Notes under the pieces: model-generated
Told to the model about the DNA's origin: nothing
The model's input: only the letters and a program-made list of their open reading frames with translations
Database searches by the model: none
Assembly (NCBI GenBank): GCA_026016245.1
Contig: CP061211.1
Location: 390,001 to 422,000 of the forward strand
Reading direction: 5' to 3'
DNA from: Candidatus Pacearchaeota archaeon
GTDB taxonomy: Archaea; Nanobdellota; Nanobdellia; Pacearchaeales; UBA284
Length of the DNA: 32,000 nucleotides
Part shown: in pieces, positions 19,001 to 25,413 of the stretch
How the letters are laid out: every line of letters begins with the position of its first letter
Numbering within the stretch: the first letter of the stretch is position 1
Made by a program: the position numbers and the translations under genes

Positions 19001-19538
19001 GAATGAAACAAATATTAATGTTACACTTGAGGATAATTCAGTTCCTGTAGATTGGCAGCTAATTAACTTGGATGTTGGTCAGACCCAAGAAGTAACTTTG
19101 TTATGGAATGTAAATAATGATGGATGGCGTACTGTCAAAGTAAAGAGCTTGCCTGTTCCTGGTGAAACAAATTTAGCAAATAACGAACAAAGTCAAGATA
19201 TTAGAGTTTGGAAAGTTTGTGATGTTATTGACTGTTCAATATTTAGACCAATAACTAATCAATCAAATTATACTCTAGGAACACTATTTATTGTAAGAAC
19301 ACCTCTACAAAACCTATGGGCTACTCTATCATTCTATGACCTAAAAGTTGAGTTAGAAGTAAGTCCAGGTCTAACAATATTACCAACATGGCCAGCTGTT
19401 CAGTGGTATGATTTAGCTCCTGGTGAATTTAAGATAACATACTGGAATGTCACAAGCACAACAACTGGAAGCAAGACACTAACAAGCTGGGCTGGAAATC
19501 ATGAATTTGGAAATAGCACTCAAATAATAATCACATAA
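13083..19538 (+). CDS. Giant secreted surface/adhesin-like protein with repeated Ig-like and four-Cys modules, lamin-tail domain and CARDB-like domain
   Basis: 2151-aa ORF. N-terminal hydrophobic segment ARLILNLIPIFILIPLLLGSFVVP; repeated EPPVVTLIFPPNSS / QPPVVTLLSPANGS Ig-like units; very frequent N-x-T/S sequons; LTD; CARDB-like VWLYDIVYVKANVSNVGNQNETNINVTLEDN. No obvious C-terminal TM (ends NSTQIIIT). Confidence 0.85.
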   Translation: MNKKARLILNLIPIFILIPLLLGSFVVPNDISEGFYESKIINSVKEELDIIDPPPTLQFFSDTQHTNTTAVLTAIATDYLENAGIRWIKIYEDGQEWEYKDCGGQTTCTFVKVKVETQPANHTYYAETKDLGNHVVQSDPITIWFEGLNQLPIIDDYVPQDLTPEINEGETLHFEVWAHDPNNDPLFYTWKLDGQEVSTISSYDYNPDYNASGLHDVYVIVYDNKGGTVTLVWNVTVINVLLNTTCYLNFDPTSPITYSTPLNASCYCTNPEAPERLWRNNINIDNENNVFVIIEAGTHNYTCNVTQTPNYQGASNSSLYVINPVDHNIRLTLDGQENDLAVPYNSTTNATGWLEITQGASNALLYRDFQVVASGSPATEIALLGVDLYNYTYYYPASQNYTEQSLTRWLNVTQGISSCTLNFVPPSPITYDQQPFIASCSCTNPEAGAELWRDGVNVTNENNLPITLVVNPAGYNYVCNVTATQNYTGASTSALYVINQATTILTLTAQPSWNVTYGIQTNVSCSANNNEVTINLYRNGQIVNNPDIATLGAGNYNYVCNTTGSQNWTAASVNNILNVNQAASIVDLRLNGIDNNITVNISELVNMTGRLIIPSNPNPQQQPIIDGIGHNEPETDAIPLPRQGLYEIYLYLDIQLINIGNHTVTNVTSFNQTGIHNVTVIYPGSQNFSSSYETHWINVSGVGDTEPPVVTLIFPPNSSTTSENVTVIYNVTDNIDVLLDCNIWSDTSGIWQIDGSQQTANATNGNWNYVNLVNGIYTWNIECIDDSANSAFAIENWTFIVNVSVNQPPVVTLLSPANGSVINTTNNVTAEFGVVDELLLINCTLWHNITGSWLPNQSQMAMTGVVNSFDITEIPNDYYIWNVECNDTEYSVFAPDNWTFTINYTGDLIPPDVWNVSANPQVINQSDSTQIEAFARDNVAIDTVLAQVTYPDLTQNNFTMIPGMVVFQYLYNFTDTLQIGNYSVRIFANDTSNNWNTTETTWFFVQVIPGYGNTTTIIIQPANNSIFNLTDIFITEANVTAVGGDVVNCNATITFSNGNVLTTPQAVNVLGNIANGTTKVTQWNVTAAAVGSSDITITTTCEFGGSSSDTVYNITVTEDTEPPVVIIESPLNITYSVNDILINITATDDNAVDQIWFNYNGTNVTYTVPFIETFEDGFYIMDAWANDTSGNIGSDQVMFTVNTTAPAANWIVFSEVLYDAVTPEDDNEWIELYNPTSQDIDISGWTIQDNNGTWVIPNGTIIGTGKFISIARNGTAYYNMYSLIPHLEGLTLRLANSGDILRLYNASNEIDMVSWEDFIAGWPNYANENFSTQRQPPWQDTNTSADWTNNSIPTPVGTILSLGVDIWADTYYQEILPGINATYTIFVNNTGTSPNTFNLSVQNLNNADIAALDIYQMTLNAGETQNTTLYVSDTTPGIYNVTVTATDSDNSSVFDITNNITTNVTVLPDMPPWYLNEQVNPTSPTVYGPGPYNFTIEWLDNVAVYTVIFEFDNQNYTPNCNPGLPTADTNCSYVFTDLGVGNYNYRWYANDTINQWNSTLSLVYIINKQTSTCSLSFAPPSPITYDQQPFIALCSCTNPEANAELWRDGLNVTNENNLPVTLTANPPGYNYTCNVTATQNYTGASVNAMYIINQATSEVNLTLNGTDGDITVNVSEIVNITCHLIIPTTGYIEVYDNSILINNGSAPLENLTSYSSEGLHNITCAYPSTQNYTASSETHWINVTSVMLPGEVHLWLNGTEGNLTITYNNENLKFNASTPYGNVSIRRNGTLIAGPAANYVEVFENLPAGYYNFTAYSTGDENHSSASVTYFLTINKLNSSLTLLLNDQNNDITIIEGENVNHTGMLNIPTTGDLSLLRNGTQFAFGPSPLIDISIYNNPGYYNITSYYAGNENYSEGSATHFITVLEAIHDISVDSIELIKEVNGTNKSISSSTVWLYDIVYVKANVSNVGNQNETNINVTLEDNSVPVDWQLINLDVGQTQEVTLLWNVNNDGWRTVKVKSLPVPGETNLANNEQSQDIRVWKVCDVIDCSIFRPITNQSNYTLGTLFIVRTPLQNLWATLSFYDLKVELEVSPGLTILPTWPAVQWYDLAPGEFKITYWNVTSTTTGSKTLTSWAGNHEFGNSTQIIIT
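13811..14052 (+). repeat. Four-Cys repeat module, copy 1 (divergent; approximate bounds)
   Basis: TTCYLNFDPTSPITYSTPLNASCYCTNPEAPERLWRNNINIDNENN...AGTHNYTCNVTQTPNYQGASNSSLYVINP. Confidence 0.7.
14328..14588 (+). repeat. Four-Cys repeat module, copy 2 (approximate bounds)
   Basis: SSCTLNFVPPSPITYDQQPFIASCSCTNPEAGAELWRDGVNVTNENNLPITLVVNPAGYNYVCNVTATQNYTGASTSALYVINQ. Confidence 0.8.
16707..17157 (+). other. Lamin-tail domain within giant surface protein (approximate bounds)
   Basis: NWIVFSEVLYDAVTPEDDNEWIELYNPTSQDIDISGWTIQDNNGTWVIPNGTIIGTGKFISIARNG...LRLANSGDILRLYNASNEIDMVSWED. Confidence 0.8.
17794..18050 (+). repeat. Four-Cys repeat module, copy 3 (approximate bounds; shares a 39-nt identical DNA run with copy 2)
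   Basis: STCSLSFAPPSPITYDQQPFIALCSCTNPEANAELWRDGLNVTNENNLPVTLTANPPGYNYTCNVTATQNYTGASVNAMYIINQ. Confidence 0.8.
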
Positions 19539-19539
19539 A

Positions 19540-21264
19540 ATGGAAAGTAAAATTAAAGTAAAATTGATAGTGATTGCATTTTTGATAGCTGTGATTATAA
19601 CAATCATGACAGCTTTTGGACAGGCAGTAGAATGTGGAGGTAATAAAGACATAACATATGCGCCTGGAAATTTATCAGTTGGACAATTATTTGATTTAAG
19701 ATATATTGATTATAATGGAGGAGTTGGTCAACAAGTATGGCTTAACTGGACACCAGCTGGCTTAAGCATAGTTTCAGGAAATAATCCAGCTACTTTACCT
19801 GATTTTGGTATGGGTGAGGGATACTATGTATGGCAGATGAATTCAACAAGTCCAGGAAATTATACTATTCAAGTTATTGTTGAATATGAAGCAAACTGTA
19901 CTGTTACAAGAAATATAAGTATTCAAGGGAGTGTTGATCCACCAAACATTCAATTAAATTATCCATTACTTCCAGCAAACATAGTTGCTAAACAAAACAG
20001 TCTGATAAATTTACAAATAAGCAATATAGGAACAGACACAGCTTATGATGTTGATGGCTATACAACTCTAACAGCTGAAGGCATGATTGATAATTTCTTC
20101 TACACAACAATAATTCCTGGAGATACGCAACCAAGACAATTTAATGTTAATACTGATTACTGTGGTGTTCAAGTTTTAGAAACAAATGCAGATTACAAAG
20201 ATAGTGCAGGTTATCCTTACCAGCCTAGCCATACAAATGCTGATCTTAATATTCTAGGTTCAGATCTTGGAATAGATATTTTCACTGTTTCAGATAATAA
20301 TGTAAATAATGGCGAGCTTGTTACATTTAATGTTACTATAACTAATATCAACAGAAATACCTCAATAAATGCATCTAATGTTGTTGTAAGAATCTATAGA
20401 GGAAATCTTTTAGTGAGGACAAAAAATATTGGGAATGTTGCTGTAGATTCAACAGTAAGTGCTTCAGAAACATGGGCTGCAGCTGGGGATGGAACTTACA
20501 CAATGAGGGCTGTTGTTGATTCTGATCAAGAATGTTCTAACTGGGATAATAATAAAGCTACTTTACAAATGACAATCACCTCTGGTGGCGGAGGTGGAGG
20601 AGGTGGCGGTGGCGGAGGTGGCGGTGGAGCGCCAGCTCCAGTATGCGGAAATGGAATTTGTGAATGGGGTGAAACCTACTATAATTGCCCTGAAGATTGT
20701 AAAGCACCAGCTGAAGAAGAAGAGGAAGAGGAAGGACCTGTCACTTGTGAGGGAATTTTAATTGTAGAGAGTAATGATGGGATGGCTTCCCTTGTTATTC
20801 CAGACTGTTCAGAAATTAGATTACAAGGCAGTAAGATAAGTAATCCTCAAAATACAATTAGCATAAGAGCTGCAGGAATGATGCCTACCCTGCCAGCAAA
20901 CATGATGCTAGTTAGAGGATATGACTTTTTGCCTTCAGGAATAACTTTTGACCCAGATGCTGAAGTAAGAATAAGATATCATGAAGATGAAGCAAAAGGA
21001 AGGCTTTTCATTATTATGTATGATGAATCTTTAGGAAAATGGGCCACTCTAAGCAGTATAGATGATAAAAGTGTTCATGAGGTTAGTGCAAAAATAGGCC
21101 ATTTCACAAAAATTGGATTAGCAACAAGTTATCTTCCAAGTCTAACAGGATTAGCATTCCTTGATGATGCTCTTTACTTCATTAATGATAATTGGTGGTT
21201 TATTCCTTTAGTTATTGTGGTAGTATTTGCTCTATGGATTATTACTAAGATTTTGAGGAAGTAA
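19540..21264 (+). CDS. Surface protein with CARDB-like domains, 15-Gly linker, CGNGICEWGE Cys module and C-terminal TM anchor
   Basis: Starts 1 nt after the stop of the giant gene. CARDB-like FDLRYIDYNGGVGQQ.../VTNINRNTSINASNVVVRIYRG; S-G15-APAPVCGNGICEWGETYYNCPEDC; C-terminal ADAEVRIRY..HFTKIGLA-type domain; TM WWFIPLVIVVVFALWIITKILRK. Confidence 0.8.
   Translation: MESKIKVKLIVIAFLIAVIITIMTAFGQAVECGGNKDITYAPGNLSVGQLFDLRYIDYNGGVGQQVWLNWTPAGLSIVSGNNPATLPDFGMGEGYYVWQMNSTSPGNYTIQVIVEYEANCTVTRNISIQGSVDPPNIQLNYPLLPANIVAKQNSLINLQISNIGTDTAYDVDGYTTLTAEGMIDNFFYTTIIPGDTQPRQFNVNTDYCGVQVLETNADYKDSAGYPYQPSHTNADLNILGSDLGIDIFTVSDNNVNNGELVTFNVTITNINRNTSINASNVVVRIYRGNLLVRTKNIGNVAVDSTVSASETWAAAGDGTYTMRAVVDSDQECSNWDNNKATLQMTITSGGGGGGGGGGGGGGGAPAPVCGNGICEWGETYYNCPEDCKAPAEEEEEEEGPVTCEGILIVESNDGMASLVIPDCSEIRLQGSKISNPQNTISIRAAGMMPTLPANMMLVRGYDFLPSGITFDPDAEVRIRYHEDEAKGRLFIIMYDESLGKWATLSSIDDKSVHEVSAKIGHFTKIGLATSYLPSLTGLAFLDDALYFINDNWWFIPLVIVVVFALWIITKILRK
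20584..20628 (+). repeat. Poly-glycine codon tract (15 consecutive GGN codons)
   Basis: ggt ggc gga ggt gga gga ggt ggc ggt ggc gga ggt ggc ggt gga read directly. Confidence 0.95.
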
Positions 21265-22330
21265 GGTGGGGGAGCAACATTATTGATTTTTTCATTTCTT
21301 TATATGGAACTAATGCTCTTTTTCTTTTCCTTTTTGATCTTTCTAAACTAACCCCATACAAAAAAGTTTTAACATCTATATTTTCTCCAGTAATCTTCTT
21401 ATGATAATCTAAAATTTTCTTAATCTCCTCTTTTCTTTTTGAGCGATTGACAAGAGCACTCATAATTTTTGATCCATAGAGTCTTGAATACCCCCAACCA
21501 CATAACTTATTTGTTTTACAAATTTCATATGAATTTTCTCCCCTGGATAATCCTTTAATAAAACAAGGAACTGTTTCATGAATAGCTTTCTCAATTTTTC
21601 TATCTAATCTTTCTCTGAAGAAATCTTTCTCTTCTTCAGGATATCTTTTTTTAATTATTTCTTCCTTTGACCTTCCTGCCATCACATCAACAGCAACAGA
21701 TAGTATGACTGACCAATCATAATGAAATAAGGTTTGCGCTATCTTTTTCATAGTTTTAGAAGAATCCAGATAATGATTTTGCATTTCAGAAACAAGATTA
21801 TCTTTCTGATATTTCCAATCTACCTTAAATCCATATGTAGAATTGCAAGATATCATTATTCCTGATTTGTGTTCTGATTTTAGATTAAAAAATTTGTGTA
21901 GAAAGTCATCTAGAGAGAATTCTCTTTTTTTCGGATTAACCAATGGTGCAGAACTTATAGAGGCCCGACTATAAGCATACTCTGAAGGAGGATTTATTGT
22001 TATTATCTTGTAGCCTCCTCTGATAAAATTTTTTGATAAAATATTTTCATCAATTATCAATTCTAAAACTATAGGAATGTGTCTTGTCTTTTCTTCAAAA
22101 AAATAGGTTTCTCCTTTATGACGTAAAATTACAGTTAAGTCTTTATAACAAAAGCGATGAATAAAGGAAACCATATCTATTGCAACACCAACTAATTTTG
22201 CTTCTGGAGAAACCCTTACTTTAGTGTGGCCATCTTCTACTAAAGATTGGAAAATGGGTAAAGCATAATCAAAAACAAGTTTAGGCCTATCTATAATATA
22301 TTCTTTTACTTCCCTCATTTTATTTTTCAA
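21245..22330 (-). CDS. Conserved-looking hypothetical protein of unknown function
   Basis: 361-aa ORF MKNKMREVKEYIIDRPKLVFDYALPIFQSLVEDGHTKVRVSPEAKLVGVAIDMVSFIHRFCYKDLTVILRHKGETYFFEEK...; start overlaps the end of the upstream 230-aa gene by 11 nt; stop TAG. Confidence 0.7.
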   Translation of the reverse strand: MKNKMREVKEYIIDRPKLVFDYALPIFQSLVEDGHTKVRVSPEAKLVGVAIDMVSFIHRFCYKDLTVILRHKGETYFFEEKTRHIPIVLELIIDENILSKNFIRGGYKIITINPPSEYAYSRASISSAPLVNPKKREFSLDDFLHKFFNLKSEHKSGIMISCNSTYGFKVDWKYQKDNLVSEMQNHYLDSSKTMKKIAQTLFHYDWSVILSVAVDVMAGRSKEEIIKKRYPEEEKDFFRERLDRKIEKAIHETVPCFIKGLSRGENSYEICKTNKLCGWGYSRLYGSKIMSALVNRSKRKEEIKKILDYHKKITGENIDVKTFLYGVSLERSKRKRKRALVPYKEMKKSIMLLPHLTSSKS

Positions 22331-23012
22331 CAGTATCTATTAAATCTTTGAAATATTCCTTTAAATCTTCATGTTCTTTTTTTAAAGCATTATATTTTTT
22401 TTCCAATTCTTGATATTCTTCTTTAGGTACAATTTCCTTGACTTGCTCTGAAATTCCTGTTATATCCATCAGCTCTTCTTTTCTTTTTTCTTCAAGAATT
22501 TCTGCAGGGGTAGAAACTTCATCTAATATTTTTTTAATTCCTTTTTTCTCTTCTTTAGTTGATTTTTTTCCTTTTCTTATCCTTAATCCTAACCAAATTT
22601 CTCTCAAATTTCTTACATCAATATTTAGATTAGGATATTTTTCTCTAATTAATTGCATGTATCTAAATGGAAATTCTGAATCTTTTTCGTCATATTTAAT
22701 CAGACCCACACCATGATCTCTTATTTCTTCAATTTTCTCATTTTCTTCTTCATAATATCCAATTAAAGGAATTGTATATAGGATTCCTAATTTTCTACTT
22801 AATTTTTCTAGAATATTTTTTGAAACAAGACCATAAAAATGAGGCACATTGGAATTGCCTATAATTAAGTCTATATCTTTTTTTTCTTTATAAAATCTAA
22901 CCACAAAATCTAAAGCCTTACCAGGAGAATCAACAGGAATAACTCTCTCCCTATGAATTATATCACAGAGTTTTTTTGTTTTTTCTTTATCAGGCTCTAT
23001 TAAAATAATCAT
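22320..23012 (-). CDS. Degenerate response-regulator receiver-like protein with C-terminal coiled coil
   Basis: MIILIEPDKEKTKKLCDIIHRERVIPVDSPGKALDFVVRFYKEKKDIDLIIGNSNVP...YTIPLIGYYEEENEKIEEIRDHGVGLIKYDEK resembles a receiver fold but the phosphoacceptor Asp position reads G/N. Confidence 0.5.
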   Translation of the reverse strand: MIILIEPDKEKTKKLCDIIHRERVIPVDSPGKALDFVVRFYKEKKDIDLIIGNSNVPHFYGLVSKNILEKLSRKLGILYTIPLIGYYEEENEKIEEIRDHGVGLIKYDEKDSEFPFRYMQLIREKYPNLNIDVRNLREIWLGLRIRKGKKSTKEEKKGIKKILDEVSTPAEILEEKRKEELMDITGISEQVKEIVPKEEYQELEKKYNALKKEHEDLKEYFKDLIDTVEK

Positions 23013-23065
23013 ATAAAAAAATAAGGAAAACTAGTATATAAGTTTTGTTATTTTAGAGTGATTAA

Positions 23066-24070
23066 TTATTTCCAAACTCCTGCTATCTTCTCACCACATT
23101 CAGGACATCTACCGTCAATAAGTCTGTTTTCTTTGATATAAAATCCTTGCCTTATAATAACCGGTTTCTTGCATCCAGGGCAGAAAGTTGTTGAACCTTC
23201 TTTATCAGGGATATTGCCTGTATAAACATATCTCAAACCAGCTTTCATTGCTATTTTTCTTGCCTTAATCACTATTTCAGGCTTTGTTGCTGGAGTTTCT
23301 AACATTTTATAGGTAGGATAAAAGGCTGAGAGATGTAAAGGAACATCAACAGAAAGATTTTCTTTTATCCAATTTATTATTTCAAGAATATTTTTTTCTT
23401 TATCATTATAGCCTGGGATAATCAAATTAGTAAGCTCAAGCCAGATACCTTTCTCATGCATTATTTTTATAGCTTCTTCTACAGGTTTTCTCCAAGCTCC
23501 AGAAAGTTTTTTGTAAAATTCATCACTACCTTTAAAATCAATATTACTTCCATCCAAATATTTACATAATTCTGTGAGTGGTTCTGAATTTATGAATCCA
23601 TTAGTTACAATTGTATTCCTAATCTTTTTTTCTCTTGCCAGTTTTGCTATATCTATCATATACTCAAAAAAAATTGTTGGTTCTGTGTAAGTATAAGATA
23701 TTATATTGACTTCTCTATTAATTGCTTCTTCTATAACTCTTTTTGGGGGCATACTAAAAGAAGCGACTTTTTCTGGTCTGCATTGAGAAATCTCCCAGTT
23801 CTGACAATATAAACAATGTAAATTACAGCCAGCTGTTGCAATGCTTAAAGCTTGTTGTCCTGGAAGGAAATGATATAAAGGTTTTTTTTCTATAGGATCA
23901 AGAGCTATAGAAACAGGTTTTCCATATACAAGACTATAAAGCTTGCCATTAGTATTTTCACGAACACCACAATTTCCTCTGTTTCCTGGCTTGATAACAC
24001 AAAATCTAGGACAGAGCTGACATTGAACTTCCTTGTCTTTTAATTTCTTATAAAAAAGTGCTTCTTTCAT
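23066..24070 (-). CDS. amrS: AmrS-like radical SAM protein (AmmeMemoRadiSam system radical SAM enzyme family)
   Basis: CQLCPRFCVIKPGNRGNCGVRENTNGKLYSLVYGKPVSIALDPIEKKPLYHFLPGQQALSIATAGCNLHCLYCQNWEISQ with CxxxCxxC. The track start at 24136 overlaps the upstream gene by 65 nt. ATG at 24070 (MKEALFYKKL) abuts it and is preferred. Confidence 0.85.
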   Translation of the reverse strand: MKEALFYKKLKDKEVQCQLCPRFCVIKPGNRGNCGVRENTNGKLYSLVYGKPVSIALDPIEKKPLYHFLPGQQALSIATAGCNLHCLYCQNWEISQCRPEKVASFSMPPKRVIEEAINREVNIISYTYTEPTIFFEYMIDIAKLAREKKIRNTIVTNGFINSEPLTELCKYLDGSNIDFKGSDEFYKKLSGAWRKPVEEAIKIMHEKGIWLELTNLIIPGYNDKEKNILEIINWIKENLSVDVPLHLSAFYPTYKMLETPATKPEIVIKARKIAMKAGLRYVYTGNIPDKEGSTTFCPGCKKPVIIRQGFYIKENRLIDGRCPECGEKIAGVWK

Positions 24071-24071
24071 A

Positions 24072-24743
24072 TTATAATTTTTTAGCAATCTCAATTTCAT
24101 AATTAGAGATTGCACATCCTTTGTACTTAGTTGCATAAAGAATAGCCCTTAAAGCGTCTTTAGATTTTGCAGGAAGTTGAATTATTCTTTTTTTGTAAGC
24201 AATAAAACCTAATTCGCTTGAACGAATTATTTTAAAGTTTTTGAAGAAAGAGTAGTTTTCTTCTATTGCCTTAATTTTTTTCTGCAATTTTGTTTCAAGC
24301 AATCTGTGTAGATTTTTAGGAGCCTCACACAACATCCTTGTTGTTCTTTCATCAATAACAATGGCTTTATCTTTTGCATCAATTAGATTAAAGAGGGCAA
24401 GACAAGATGTTTCTCCTTCATGAATTAACCTGATCCATTCACCCTCTGTTTTAAAAGTGTGGTTGGCTATATCAAGAATTTTTTTTGTTTCTCTTTTTAA
24501 GATTTTTGAAGAAGGAATTACTTTTAGAATGCCTTTATTAATAAGAGATTTTATCATTAAAGCTTCTAACATGAATTTCTTTGATTGAAGTGACCTATCT
24601 ATTACCTCTTTTTTTACAGGTTCAGGAATGTAAAATTCCCCTCTAAAAACTCTCTTGAGTGGCTCAAGAATATAAAGCAAGTCATTTAAAGCTAGGGTGA
24701 TTATTGCTCCTGAATCAAAAATAAGGGCTTTTTTAGCTTCCAT
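24072..24743 (-). CDS. PIN-domain-like nuclease
   Basis: KALIFDSGAIITLALND...EVIDRS...EGETSCLALFNLIDAKDKAIVIDERTTRMLCE: spaced acidic residues in PIN-like order. Track start 24752 is a TTG; ATG at 24743 preferred. Confidence 0.7.
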   Translation of the reverse strand: MEAKKALIFDSGAIITLALNDLLYILEPLKRVFRGEFYIPEPVKKEVIDRSLQSKKFMLEALMIKSLINKGILKVIPSSKILKRETKKILDIANHTFKTEGEWIRLIHEGETSCLALFNLIDAKDKAIVIDERTTRMLCEAPKNLHRLLETKLQKKIKAIEENYSFFKNFKIIRSSELGFIAYKKRIIQLPAKSKDALRAILYATKYKGCAISNYEIEIAKKL

Positions 24744-24744
24744 T

Positions 24745-25323
24745 TTATTCAAAGAGTTTGGATGTAAATTTTATTCTTTCTTTAATTGGCATTGTGAGGC
24801 TAAGAGTAACATCTGGAATTCCTGTTTTACCTATATATTCAGCAAGTTCCCATTGTGTTATGTCAAGAAGACTGGATGTCTCAGATCTAGAGATTCCATG
24901 CTCATATAATCTAGATGCTTTATTTATTTGGGCTATTCTAAAAACATCTTTTATATAATATTTTAAACGTCCACTCAATTCACTTACTGCTTGTCTAATG
25001 TTCTTCATATCTTCATGGAATTCTTTTATTTTATTTTCTTCAAGGTGCTCTATTGCTTTGTTGACATCTTTGCTAATCCTGGAAAAAAATGAGGGCCAAT
25101 CTTTATGTTCAGCATAATCTCTACGCGCAATAATCTTGCTCAAAGCATAGACAGTTACAGCAATAACCACACTTGTAGGATCTTTATGAATAGAAGCGCA
25201 GTGAATTGTCCTATTAGACATCTCCCTAAGAAGCAGGGTATCTTTAGTTTTAAGGGCTTTCCTAGTATTATGCAGAATCATAAGAACATTCTTCTTCTCA
25301 TCCTCTTTTTCAAGTATGCCCAT
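24745..25323 (-). CDS. Hypothetical protein with helical N-terminus and C-terminal HTH-like segment, probably co-transcribed with the PIN gene
   Basis: INKASRLYEHGISRSETSSLLDITQWELAEYIGKTGIPDV. ATG at 25323 (track start 25338 is TTG); TTTAAA on the minus strand at 25347-25352, centred 26.5 nt upstream. 1 nt gap to PIN gene start. Confidence 0.65.
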   Translation of the reverse strand: MGILEKEDEKKNVLMILHNTRKALKTKDTLLLREMSNRTIHCASIHKDPTSVVIAVTVYALSKIIARRDYAEHKDWPSFFSRISKDVNKAIEHLEENKIKEFHEDMKNIRQAVSELSGRLKYYIKDVFRIAQINKASRLYEHGISRSETSSLLDITQWELAEYIGKTGIPDVTLSLTMPIKERIKFTSKLFE

Positions 25324-25413
25324 ATTCTTAGTGAACAAATAATTTATTTAAAGGTTTCTGAAAAATGATTAAAAAAGTTTAAAAGATAACGTACCTTAAA
25401 ATAAAATAAGAAT

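Noticed and set aside
20584-20628. GC-rich tract considered as a frameshift or assembly artefact or regulatory element
   Set aside because: The reading frame is maintained with sensible domains on both sides and the tract uses mixed Gly codons, so it reads as a genuine poly-Gly linker.
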